64,000 nucleotides of DNA, taken from contig NC_043004.1 in assembly GCF_006345805.1 (NCBI RefSeq), positions 78,802,001-78,866,000 on the forward strand. The letters run 5' to 3'. The notes beneath the pieces were generated by a model. It made no database searches and had not been told where the DNA came from. It was given only the letters and a program-made list of their open reading frames with translations. The position numbers were made by a program, and so were the translations under genes. How positions within the stretch are numbered: position 1 is the stretch's first letter; each line of letters begins with the position of its first letter. This DNA comes from Octopus sinensis. Its lineage: Eukaryota. Shown piece after piece: positions 12,483 to 24,624 of the stretch.

Positions 12483-13387
12483 AGGTATATGTCGTACGTG
12501 AAGTCGTGGCTGTGATGCAGCTGCCCAGGTCAGTTGATACAGAAGTTCATGCGGGTCGTATATTCACTGTTGATCCGTGGTAAAGTGATTCAGGAACAGT
12601 GAACTATTGGAATCTGGGTGAATTGCTTGCTGACCTGTGTACGTAGAGAGATGATGTTGACGACGTTGAGAAGGATATGATGGTGGCAACGAAGACGGAG
12701 GTTGCCATAATGCTGTTGGACGAAGTTGGTAAGTCTCAACGTAGCTGCTGTGGTGGTATGTTGTCTGTGGTGGTATGTTGTCGTTGGGACTGACTGTGTC
12801 TTGGTGGTCAGTGGAACCAAAGACTTCGGAACGAGGAAAATTTGAGTTTTTATAAGAAGCTGTAGGTTCAAACAGGGTAGAAAAACAGGTTGTCCCACGT
12901 GATCCTATTTAGAGCCTCCAACTGGACATATGCGGCAAATTGGCGCGACCGAGGAAGAGACAAACTGTGCCAATACCAAACGATCAGAGTAGTGGACACA
13001 ACGGGATCCAAATAGCGGCCAAAGGCTAGCTGTTCCCTGCCACGTTCGAATGCTCGTATATATAACAAACGGGAGCGAGGAATTTCATCCGAGCCTACGC
13101 TCGGTCAAATACATTTAGTGTTTTGAAAATACGGCGTTTAATGTTTCTTTGCTGCTCGATTTTGGGGCTCATCTCACGACGGGGTTTTGTCTCTCTTGGT
13201 TGCCTTGTACTAGAGAGAGGCTCTCTGATATTTTCTTCAAAGAAAAGTCTTCTTTTCTTTATAAGTTTCACAATAACAGACGTGAGATGTATTTAGACCA
13301 ACAGAAAATTTTACGCTCGATCGAAATCCAAAACTTGAAATTACACAATCGCGAACGCTTTATGACAGCGAAGGAACTATCAAGCTG

Positions 13388-13820
13388 CTGCTTCTTCTTC
13401 TTCTTCTTCTTCTTCTTCTTCTTCTTCTTCTTCTTCTTCTTCTTCTTCTTCTTCTTCTTCTTCTCTTCTTCTTCTTCCTTTTCCCTCCCTCTTCCGCCTC
13501 TTGCTTTTATATCCCTCTTCATCCCCTTCCTCTTCCTCGTTCTTTTCCGCCTCCTCTCCTACTCCTCTTCCTTTTCCCCATCCATTTCATCCTCTTCCTT
13601 TAATATCTCCTCTTCATCTTCACTTCCTCTTCTATCCCTCCTTCTTATCACCTGTCCGTCTCTCACCCTCCCTCACACAATCACCTTCCCTCTCATACCT
13701 CCTTCAATCGCCTTCCCTCCTCCTCCTTCTTCTTTTCTTCTTTTTCTTCTACTTCTTCATCATCGTCATCACTATCATCATCGTCGTCGTCTTCATCATC
13801 ATCATCATCATCATCATCAT
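13388..13820. repeat. (CTT)n plus pyrimidine-rich low-complexity tract and (CAT)n
   Basis: Direct; gives the poly-F/poly-K ORFs. Confidence 0.95.
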
Positions 13821-14049
13821 GTTGTATAACTTAAAATTACTTTAAAAGTGCTTTAAGATGGGAAAAGTAGTGAATAAGTGAAGGGACAAGTGAATACTGC
13901 GGGCTCGATATCGAGGGGCCATTGTGGTAATTAAGGTTTTAAGCCAATTAGCAATGTTTAGCAATTAAGTTTTTATTTCAGAATGTTAAAGATAATATTT
14001 AAACGACATATCGTTAAAGGGGAGAACGTTAAGCGAAATCTTGCTGTAT

Positions 14050-14149
14050 NNNNNNNNNNNNNNNNNNNNNNNNNNNNNNNNNNNNNNNNNNNNNNNNNNN
14101 NNNNNNNNNNNNNNNNNNNNNNNNNNNNNNNNNNNNNNNNNNNNNNNNN
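14050..14149. other. Assembly gap (100 N)
   Basis: Run of exactly 100 N. Confidence 1.
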
Positions 14150-15383
14150 GATTGAATTTTGCAGCTGTTCAACATTCTTATTTTCTTTTGTTCTTTTTTG
14201 TTACTTTGTTTATTGTTTTAATTCCAAACCCGACGTTATCTCTTGTGCCTGATTTCAGAGGTTCTGGTTTGCTTTTCGTCAGGTTAAATTTTTTGGCAGA
14301 AACTATTCCAGAAACATACTCTGGATGCCATGGAAACCGATCAATCTTAATCATGGTTAATTTATCAATTTACAGCTCCTTTTTTAAAATTTAACATATA
14401 TGAACTGGAAACGGATGCATATCGAAACAGCGCCTCCGGAATGGTAAGGCATTCTTGATGGCAGTTGTCTTTTATTACCACTTTCTTCTGTTGCCTAGGA
14501 TAAGCAGGAATCTCCGTTCTGTTGGATGTAATGAAAGAAAAGAGTGAGAACGGGGCTTCTTCGATCTTTGTGGGTAGAAACCTCGGAAACAACCGTCTAG
14601 AACGTAATAAAAAAGTATTCTATTTTCAAGAGCATTAACCTTTATGTTGTCATATTTCTGTTGGAATTCAATGCCTTAGTTTCAATTAATTTGGAAAATA
14701 ACTTAAGAATTACTAAGTTAGTGTTTGGAATATTGATTAACGTGAAATTTTGACGCAAGATATTAATTTAGATCACTTTAAACAAAGTTTGTAGCAGAAA
14801 GCTAGCGATGTTCTAAGGGAGTATTGATATCAAAAAGGAACAGTAAAACGTAACAGTTATTGGAGAGTGCACCCTATGAACTAATATACGCATTTCGAGC
14901 TCTTTATCCTCTTATTAGTGTTAGCTGAATTCTGAAATGACTGGCAGGTTTGGCTTCCTTATAAGAAATCAGTAGAAATTAACCACTGATGACGTGCTAC
15001 GACTGCCAGGCGGGAACAAAATACATGGTTGGTACGCAAAGCAGTTGAGTAAAGTAAGCAAACTTTTAGAATAGGTCAAAATGTTTGGGACATATCCTAC
15101 AACAGGAGGGTAAATGGCCTTTTTATAGGTTAAATTTATCCTAAACATATTTGTACTGATTTTAAAAGTTTATTTTATATAATTATATAATTATATAATT
15201 ATAAGCTTAATATTTATATAGGATATATATATATATGCATGTATGTATACTGTATACTTACCGTTTATATTAGTGTATGTATGCATGTGAGTATGTATGA
15301 ATGTATGCATGTATATATAAATATATAAACATTTAGATATATATATATGTATATATATATTTATACATACATACATATATATG

Positions 15384-15414
<31 letters not shown>

Positions 15415-16049
15415 GTAATATATATGTATATATATATGTATATATATATGTATATATATATATATATATACACTTGACGTTTATATGGTATATACATATA
15501 AATATATGTATATTTAATGTTTATATAGCATATATCTTTATGAGTATCTATAAAATGTAAATATAGACACACACACACACTCACACACACATGAGTAAAT
15601 ATTTATTTTTTCTGTGTTTTCGCATGACACCGTTTGAGTAATCCTGTGGCGTCAGGTTTACATCTGTAAGCAATACTCCTACTGAGCTCAGCGGTTTTCA
15701 ACTCATAAAAACCAGTGGCATAACATCTTACTTAAAGAACATGCGCGGGTTGCCGACAGATGTGAGGAAGGCATCTGGTCGTAGAATACTACTTTGGTAA
15801 GTTTTGTCTAACTCATACCAGTTTGGTAAACGGACGTAAGATAACAACAACGGCGAGAACAGTGATGAGGATATTTATTATATTCTTAAGGATTACACAG
15901 CATTTGTATGTATACAAAAATACAAAAGCATAATATTTACATATATCACAATGCATATATATGTGTGTGTGCATGCGTGTGTATATGTGCGTGTGTGTAT
16001 GTGTGTGTGTGTTCTCATTCAGAGATTTAAAACTAGCTGTTTTACTCAT

Positions 16050-16086
<37 letters not shown>

Positions 16087-16099
16087 TTGTATGTATGTC

Positions 16100-16470
16100 A
16101 TGTCAGGTCACTTTCGAGTGCTACTGGTAACATGTAACCCAGTACAACCTGTTGCATGGTCGGGTCGTCGGCGACTAAACTGGCAACCCCACCAAGCTTG
16201 CTTGGTGAGGAGGGTGTTTATTGGACACCCTGCGGGATGAAAAACAAAACCCGTCAAAGGGCGGAGGAACTCTTGAGAGTCAACGGCCATCCAATAAATG
16301 TCTTAAGGATGTATCATACGCGGGGACATAGAAATAATCGGACTGAATACCCGATCGCGTGGTTAAACCATTGGGAGTGGAGGACTCTTAGCCTTTGTTT
16401 GGGCATCCTTCAGGAGAAGGTAACTCAGATAACGGGAATAACTCCGACATAAAACCTGCGGCTCGGTGGT
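16100..16470 (+). mobile_element. Possible RTE-type LINE 5' UTR fragment
   Basis: GC-richer block with GGGCATCCTTCAGGAGAAGGTAACTC..AAACCTGCGGC, resembling RTE 5' UTRs as I recall them; no ORF support. Confidence 0.35.
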
Positions 16471-16689
16471 TACCGATGATGTTGACTTGTTCTTCTTTTC
16501 GGATTATGGCTGCTATTGCTTAGTGAGTGGGATTGACTCAGTGCACAGCCTTTCCTCACTTTAAAAAAAATCTTGCACAGGCATTGCACGATAACAACAT
16601 TGATTAAGCTTCGTGTAATGGCCATACTCGATAACGAGGGGGCAGCCACCATGTATGTGTGTATGTATGTATCTATGTATGTATACACC

Positions 16690-17030
16690 CCCTACCATCG
16701 TCGTTGACGGCATTCGCTTGTATCCTAGAATGTATCTCCTTCATTGCTGAACGCTTCCTTCATGGTGATGCCGTTGATGGCTCTCAAGACCAGTTCTTGC
16801 ATAGACGAGTCGATGGTTTGACTGAATGGTAATGTTGGTGGAGGGCAAGGTTGATTTTACGCAGCCTGTCCTTCCTGTCGTTTGATTTCTTCCTTGTCTC
16901 TTCTGGTGGCTTCGAAGCTCTTGATTCCGAGTGTGATAGAACACCGCTACTTGGTACGGTCTCGGGTTTGTGTTTCAAACAATTTAGGCTCAATCCCTGC
17001 GACTTTCGGTGATGCTTTGAGTTGGTCCTT
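16690..17030 (-). mobile_element. RTE-like LINE 3' fragment
   Basis: Minus frames SGVLSHSESRASKPPEETRKK and RLVYARTGLESHQRHH resemble the RTE C-terminal C2H2-like end. Confidence 0.55.
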
Positions 17031-17439
17031 GTATGAGTGTGTATTTGTGTGTGTGTGTGTGTGTGTACTACAGAATGTTGTTGGTAAATCTGGCCATTGT
17101 TAATGTGTCCTATTTTTGAAGGTACAGACTGGTCTATTGCTTTACTGTCAACGGCGTTGGAGAGAATGAAGTTTAAAGTAATATTTAAGAAAGAGTTACC
17201 TGACATGGAGGACTGGAAGCCATCCGAATATTGAAAAAGAGTTTCTTGTATCATGATAGTTCGCGGTGAGTATCAAAATGCCGACACCATTACCGCTGCT
17301 CGGTTCTCTACGAACACTAAAAAGGCTGTAAGACGTGACATGAACGGCCGCAACGGAGACTACGAAGTTACGGGCAATAGAAAGGGACACAGTAATTGTT
17401 TTGACGGTCTGCATGACGGAATTCATTCCTACATGACGG

Positions 17440-17580
17440 AATTCATCCCTACACCTGATGTAATCTCCAGGGATACAGGCATCCCGCAACAGGATCTCCG
17501 TAATGCTATGATGGACCGTGAAGTCTGACGTAACATAGTAAATTCCATTGTCTCGACCACGGTCGAACAATGATGATGAC
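17440..17580 (+). mobile_element. RTE LINE extreme 3' end
   Basis: PDVISRDTGIPQQDLRNAMMDREV*RNIVNSIVSTTVEQ followed by a (TGA)n tail. Confidence 0.7.
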
Positions 17581-17589
17581 ATCTTTTAA

Positions 17590-18116
17590 CAACGCCTTGA
17601 GCCCAATTGAGGCGGTTATGTGAATCTGCTGGAGACTAGTCAATCTTTGGTTAGAGAAGATTGCTGTTGGCAGACTAAAAGCGTAGCAGCAGGGCTTGGT
17701 TCCTTGCTGTACCTTCAAAGAAAATCAGAAGTGGTTGTCGGAAAATTACTAGGACTTTTCCAGCCCCAGGTTCCGGCCTCTTAATTCCCCTGATTGTAGT
17801 CTCATGGATTACTGTGTGTTGGGTGCGATTGAGAAAGACTCCGACCACTCTGCATGCAACACCAAGGCCGGGCTGGTTGGCAAGACCAAGGAAGTTTTCG
17901 AAGTTATTCCCCGGACTACAATGAGGAACGCATGCTTCAGGTTTTGTAGCCGTGTTGAGACCGTGGTGGAAACTGAATAAACTTTTATTTCACGCCCATA
18001 ATCTAGTTGATATTTTTTGATTTTTTAAAAATAAGACTTTTATTTTTGGATGGAATATTGTGTCTACTTTTCTGGGTTTTCTTTTGCAAACTGTCAAATT
18101 TAGCCCAAGCACCCTG
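17590..18116 (+). mobile_element. DD37D (maT/mori-like) Tc1/mariner 3' fragment with right end
   Basis: QQG(D)LVPCCTFKENQKWLSENY*DF..NSPDCSLMDYCVLGAIEKD..RNACFRFCSRVETVVE; 37 residues between the presumed D2 position and D3; ends CACCCTG|TA. Confidence 0.8.
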
Positions 18117-18332
18117 TAAATACATAAAGTTGATATACACATACAGATAAAAAATGTATACGCACACACACATGGAAAGGACAAACGGTAGAGCCTGTTA
18201 TAAATAGTAACCTAATCACTCTTAATTTATGCTCCATAGACTTAGAAAAGAACACACTGGGCTAATGTTGTCCTAGCTACACTATGCCTGAGATAAAGAT
18301 GCTTTGCTTACAGCTGAAATCTTTTGAGATTA

Positions 18333-19747
18333 CACTGGTCTGCATAGTTTTTTATTGGCTGCATGGTATCTTTTTCTGAATATATATGATAAATAATGAG
18401 TCATTGTGCTTTTTATTCATCTCTATCACATCGGGTTGTCAAGTTATACTGAGACGTTACTTTACTCTTTTTGTATTAAGTAAATGATAAATTAAAATTC
18501 TTACCTTATATTGACTTAAATGTTAAATGTAATATTTTTTCTTTATTTTCAGTCTGTGAATATGTCTAGAGGCTGCATCAATTCACCAGATATGTTCTGC
18601 TATGTCTGCAGGCAATTTACCTCTTCAGATTCCCGGAACAATATTACTCCTTTGCTGACGCCCTGCTATTTAGCTTATTTTGGCTGCAAACTGGGATACC
18701 AGGACAAGCCATTTGCACCTCACAAAGCTTTCATGAATTGCATCAGTAAGCTTCAAATGTGTCAGTTGGAAAACTTAAATGTATGCCCTTTGTTGTACAA
18801 AAGGTATGGCGGGAACGAATGAACCACTATTACTGCTACTTTGAATTTAACAAGAAGACTAAAGATCGCATAATATACCCAAATAGTCCTTCAGCAGTAA
18901 GGCCTGTTCCACACTCAGATGATATTCCTGTACCTGTGTTACGGGAAATTTCAAGTACCTGGAGTCAAAGTTTCCTTGTATAAGTGAAGTGAAGCTAAAA
19001 GCAGGAATCTTTGTTGGCCCTTAGATTCAGGAATTGATGAGGGACAAGGATTTTGAGGAAGCATTACAGGTGTCGAAGTGAATGCCTGGTTTTCCTTCAA
19101 GAAGAATGTCCAAAACTTCTTGAAAGCAGCCGCTCCCCAGAATATGAAAAAATGATCCAAGACCTGATATCAAGTTTCCAACAACTTGGGTCTAGAATGA
19201 ATGGGAAGATGCATTTTTTGCACTCGAATCTTGACTTTTCCCCAAGAATTGTGGGGACTACAGTGAAGAACAAGGAGAGTGGTTCATCAAGACATTTGCA
19301 CCATGGAAACTCGATACAAGGGCAAATGGAATGTCAACATGATAGTGGGTTACTGCTTGTCATTGAAACGTGATGGTCCCGTTGCACAACAGAAGCGGAA
19401 ATCAAAGCGGTCCCCCTTCCGTTGAATCAATATATAGCTAACCATTACGAGCATATTTTTTACATTCAGTTGCTTTGATGTTGATAATTCTGACTCATTT
19501 CATGTTGATTTGGAAAACATATGTTCTTAAAACTAACAGAATGTGCTTTTCCTTGGTTACATACTTCATTTTAATAAAGTAACGATTTATTTAAAGTTCA
19601 CATTTTTTATTATTATTAATTTGTATTTTATTCAACATCCTTTTGTGACAGAGCAAAATGGTTTAGATATTTAAAATCAGGACCCCAAGAATATGTAACA
19701 TCACATCCATGAATAAAAAAAAAAAAAATCCCAAATGCAGATCAGTG
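18333..19747 (+). mobile_element. Chapaev3/CMC-like DNA transposon, internally deleted, transposase pseudogene 18562..19371
   Basis: TIR CACTGGTCTGCA/TGCAGATCAGTG; flanks TTA/TTG; N-terminal C-x2-C..APH..W..H..CYF zinc-finger remnant; C-terminal KAGIFVGP, KMHFLHSNLDF, SEEQGE..HQD motifs. Confidence 0.8.
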
Positions 19748-20019
19748 TTGTAGGTCTTTTCAGTTCAGGTTAAAAAATGAGAAACAATAATGTATATTTA
19801 AGTGAGACATGTTTGTTTGTTGAACGGTGAATGTGTTAGACTTGACCATAAACTATCGACAACATATAAGTTCCCGCCATTTGACTGGATCGTCGTCCAT
19901 GGTATCTGTTATAGAATATAACTTTTATTTTTTGCCCTTATTTCTTTAACAACAAAATGTCTACTGATTCCTGAAAACTGCAAGCTAAGCATCACAGCTG
20001 TAATCACAATACACACCAA

Positions 20020-20170
20020 ATGTTTGTCGAAAAACTTTTCTGTTTTACTCTCTCTCTCTCACTCTCTCTCTCTTCCTCTCTCTCTCCCTGCCTCTCTCTC
20101 TCTCTATCTCTCTGCCTCCTCTATCTCTCTGCCTCATTCCATATCTCTGTCTTTCACTCTGTTTCTCTCT
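20020..20170. repeat. (CT)n degenerate microsatellite
   Basis: Direct. Confidence 0.9.
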
Positions 20171-20204
20171 CCATATGTTGCTACGGTTGTTATCGTTTCT
20201 ATCT

Positions 20205-20420
20205 TTATTCTTTTATTCTTTATACTTATTTCTGTCATTGGACCGCGGCCATGCTGGGGCACCGCCGTGAACGCCTTAATCAGTCAAATCAACTTCGAGA
20301 ATTTTTCCTTTTTGTAAACCTGACACTTTTTCTGTCGGCATTTTTTGCTGAGCCTAGAAGTTACAAGGATGTAAACAAACCAACACGGGTGGTGGTGGAA
20401 CAAACTCAAACATATGCATG
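20205..20420 (+). mobile_element. SINE-associated family D module
   Basis: GCGGCCATGCTGGGGCACCGCC..GTAAACAAACCAACA matches other copies. Confidence 0.7.
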
Positions 20421-20517
20421 AACACATACATACACACAGACATACATATATGTATATATGTTGAAAATATATGCATATGTGTGTGTGTGCGTATAAATAT
20501 ATAGTTATGTATGTATA

Positions 20518-20558
<41 letters not shown>

Positions 20559-20672
20559 CAAACTGTTGTGTATATATAATATATATATATATATATACAT
20601 ACATACATACATACATACATGCATACATACATTCATACATACATACATACATATATATACATATATATAGAC

Positions 20673-20715
<43 letters not shown>

Positions 20716-20797
20716 ATATATCTATATACCGGAGTAAACACATAAATGTGAAACAGGTGGAAAAAGAGTACTCAAATACCAGTTGTAGAGTAATATG

Positions 20798-20953
20798 CTT
20801 TATTTAAAGCAGCAGAAAATTCCGCAAAACCTGTTACTCTGAGTTTCGCGTTGCCGTTCGTCGGACAGTTTTTCTAGCAAAAACTGGCCGACGAACGGCA
20901 ACGCGAACTCAGAGTAACAGGTTTTGTGGAATTTTCTGCTACTTTAAATAAAG
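20798..20953. mobile_element. Fold-back element: ~75-bp arms, 5-nt loop, hammerhead-like motif with CCGACGA core
   Basis: 20798..20873 is the reverse complement of 20879..20953; flanked by (TA)n. Confidence 0.9.
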
Positions 20954-21765
20954 ATATATATATATATTATATATATAATATATATATATCTATATATAAT
21001 ATCTATATATATACCTATATATATGCATATATACATCCATCCATCCATCCATCCATATTATATATATATAATATATATACACGACCAACTTTTTAACCAC
21101 ACAGATTTGCCTGAGCCCTCTTATAATGAACAGCAACGTTCCAAGTTTTCCAGGCATGCTGTCTCTAAAAATATATTCGTTTGCCCTTCATTTTCTAAAA
21201 AGATAGAATAGGATTTGCAGAAAATTTGGCCGTTATTTCTTTCAGGTCAAGTTATGGTAAGAAATTTGTTGTGTGTACAATTTATGGCGGCATTCTACTC
21301 ATGATTTTAGAGTTCTTGACTAAATTTCAGACTGAATTGCATAAAACTTTATTAAAAAAAACATCAATATTATATTTAAAGGTTAGGAATTTGAATATGA
21401 ATAATGTATAAAGATTGATGTTTAAATATTAAGAATGGGACAAAATTAATGAAGAACAGCAGAGATCTAGTCAAAACGTCGGTTAACATGAAAAGATTAA
21501 CATCTGCAGAATTAGTCAAAGACTATTTATTTAAGAGATTTCTTCTACATGTGGTTTTATCGTGATGTGGAAAGACAGGTAAACCTGCATCTGTGACCTG
21601 AGACATATGAAGCGGTTTGAGTAAGCATATATCAAGACACATATGTGTATATGTATATTTATGTGTTTTTGCACGCCAGATATATATTTGTTTTGATTTC
21701 TGTATACATACATAAATACATATGGATAGATATGGATAGATATGTATATGTATGTATGTGTGTGT

Positions 21766-21815
<50 letters not shown>

Positions 21816-22241
21816 GTGTGTGTGTTCATGAATTTGTTGTGCGTTTATTTGTGCGGTGTGCATGTGTTTATGTGAGCATGTCTGTTTATAATACAGCGTA
21901 GAATGTTGACATAAGGGAGAAATGGTTACTGTCTGTTAAAGTTCCAAGACATAATACTTCCATATAAAGATTTTCAATGCAGTTATGCAAGTGGTTTTCT
22001 GAGGGAAAGAACCTTAAATAATGTTTGAAAAGATATTTATATATATTTCTGAGTAAGCATAAATAGTATTCACAATGTTTTGGCCGTATGCGTACCAAAT
22101 TCGATTCCCATCCAGATGGTTATATATTTAATCTCAATACGCGGCTCTTTGAACAGGTGATTTCGGTTCAATCAAACATTGTCAGTGAAATTTGGTGGCC
22201 AGAAATATGTGGAAACCTGTAACAATACACACACCGCGCGC

Positions 22242-22285
<44 letters not shown>

Positions 22286-22386
22286 TATATATTATTATAT
22301 ATATATATATATATATATATTTTATGTATTGATTAAGTCTTTCCTTGTTTGTTTTGCAAAATATGGTTTTGTCTCAAATAATATTT

Positions 22387-22425
<39 letters not shown>

Positions 22426-22458
22426 CATATATATGTTATATATTGATAAATAATAATA

Positions 22459-22640
22459 AGCGCAGGAGTAGCTGTGTCGTAAGTACATGCTTACCACCAC
22501 ACATGGTTCCGGGTTCAGTACCACTGCGTGGCACCTTGGGCAAGTGTCTTCTACTATAGCCTCGGGCTGACCAAAGCCTTGTGAGTGGATTTGGAAGACG
22601 GGAACTGAAAGAAGCCCGTCGTATATATGTAATATATATA

Positions 22641-22711
<71 letters not shown>

Positions 22712-22905
22712 ATGTGTTTGTCCCCAACATCGCTTGACAACCGATGCTGGTGTGTTTACGTCCCCCGTAACTTAGCGTTTCGGCAAAAGAGACCGAAAAT
22801 AAGTACTAGGCTTTCAAAAATAAGTTCCTGGGGTCGATTTGCTCGGCTAAAGGCGGTGCTTCAGCGTTGCCGCAGTCAAATGACTGAAAGAAGTAAAAGA
22901 GAAAA
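22459..22905 (+). mobile_element. Composite SINE: tRNA/CORE-like head (family C) + internal (TA)n(TG)n + family D tail
   Basis: Head AGCTGTGTCGTAAG..CCGGGTTCAGT..GGCACCTTGGGCAAGTGTCTT; same C-microsatellite-D order at 33865..34275 and 46880..47445 in the opposite orientation. Confidence 0.75.
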
Positions 22906-22911
22906 AATATA

Positions 22912-22946
<35 letters not shown>

Positions 22947-22951
<5 letters not shown>

Positions 22952-23909
22952 ATCTCAAGATTAATCAGCCGAAATTACTACGATGATCCGGTTCTTGACT
23001 GAAGACTGAGGGGTTCGAATGTCCTGTCCATGTTTATTGTGTCGTCTTCTAAGAGTTATACGTTCTTGTCCATGTTGTATTTTTCTACTACCTTAACATA
23101 TATTCCAGGCGCCCCGTACCCACCTTATCATTAATGTGAGCACATATTCTTAATAATTGGTACGACTCTCTTTTTGTCTCCCTCTCTCTCTCATTTTTAC
23201 TTGATCTGCCCCCCTCTCTCTCTCTCTGCTCTTCTCTCTACTCATCCTCTTTTTCTCTTCTCTTTACCCTCCTAATTCTTTGTCTCGCTCTGCACTCACA
23301 GTCATTCTTCGACACCCATCCCTTCTCCTCTCTGATCCCTTCTTTCTCTCTCTTTGTTGCGTTTTGTCCCTCGTCTCTCTCTCTCTTCCTTTGTTCTCTT
23401 TTTTTTTTCTTTTCCCTCTTCTCTGTCACGTGACTGTTGGCCGAAATCTGCCTTTCAGCTCCTGACCCTCGTCGTGTTAACATCGTGTTTTTCGTCTGCC
23501 ACTATAAAGGCTTCTTCCAATGCGCCAGAGAAAAAATTTGTTTGCTTGTTATCAGTCGTAGACACTTGTTGTTTTCACCGTTAAGCTTCTGTATTTCATG
23601 TCTCTGTATTCCATTATTGTTTTTTGTTTTTTTTATATCTGTCCCTTTTTGCTGTCCTGTGTTCGTATGCATTCGATCCTTCTTCCAGGAAATCTACGCT
23701 TCCAGCTTAGTTTTTCTAATGCTCGTTGCTTAGTTTTTCTTGGAGGGCTGGCCGTGATCTAGTAATCTCAAGATTAATCAGCCGAAATTACTACGATGAT
23801 CCGGTTCTTGACTGAAGACTGAGGGTTCGAATGTCCTGTCCATGTTTATTGTGTCGTCTTCTAAGAGTTATACGTTCTTGTCCATGTTGTATTTTTCTAC
23901 ATACCTTAA
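22947..23909 (-). mobile_element. Penelope-like element fragment bounded by ~150-bp direct repeats
   Basis: 22947..23096 is nearly identical to 23760..23909; internal minus-strand ALEEAFIVADEKHDVN/DEGQEL resembles the PLE GIY-YIG C-terminus; flanked by (TA)n. Confidence 0.55.
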
Positions 23910-24109
23910 TATATATATTATATATATTATTATATATATAATATATATATAAATAATACATATATGTACATATTATATATATATATTATGTAATATATAC
24001 ATATATATATATATACATATATATATACATACATACACACACACATATATCTATATATACATACATACAAGATCCAGGGATCGAGGCGTAGGAAGAATTA
24101 TTTTGATTA

Positions 24110-24171
24110 CACTGGTCTGTATGATTTTTTATTGGCTGTATGGTATCTTTTTCTGAATATATATGATAAAT
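24110..24171 (+). mobile_element. Solo left end of the Chapaev3-like element
   Basis: TTA|CACTGGTCTG..TTTTTATTGGCTG.ATGGTATCTTTTTCTGAATATATATGATAAAT matches 18333 onward. Confidence 0.85.
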
Positions 24172-24624
24172 CCGTAATAAAAATTAAAACAACTTTCGGG
24201 GACAATAGTGGTTTATTGAAACGGAAGGTTGTGGATTCTTTTTGCTGGGTGCGAATAAGAATACAAGAGTTAAGGAATGAAGTAGATAAGGTCCTGGCTA
24301 CATATTTTTCATGGCAAGCGAGGTATATAACGCAGGCTGCTCTTCAGACCAAGCACATCTTGGTTAAAGGAAAGTTTACATTGTCGCAGGGAGGTACATG
24401 TAAACAATCAGAATGTGATTGAATCTTCCATGTGTTAATGAAAACTTTCCTTTAAACAAAGTGTCCTTGGCTTTAAGAGTCGCCTGCGGTATACACCTCG
24501 CTTGGATATTTACCACTTCTGAGGTTCCCCTCGCTATGAAACATATGTAGCCAGGATCTTATCTACTTCATTCCTTTAGAACAACTCTTTTGTTTGAGGC
24601 GGTGTATGACAATGACGTCATAGA

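Noticed and set aside
12495-13070. GC-richer block with ORFs 12590..12898 and 12868..13068
   Set aside because: Probably a decayed retroelement, but no diagnostic motif was found
13149-13845. 226-aa ORF with poly-Phe/Ser/His, the longest in the track
   Set aside because: It is (CTT)n, a pyrimidine tract and (CAT)n low-complexity sequence
13983-14394. ORFs spanning the N run
   Set aside because: Open only because the 100-N gap is translated as X
22995-23030. Hammerhead in the 150-bp direct repeat (CTGAAGA..GAA TGTC)
   Set aside because: No convincing stem II, incomplete GAAA, and antisense to the putative ORF remnant
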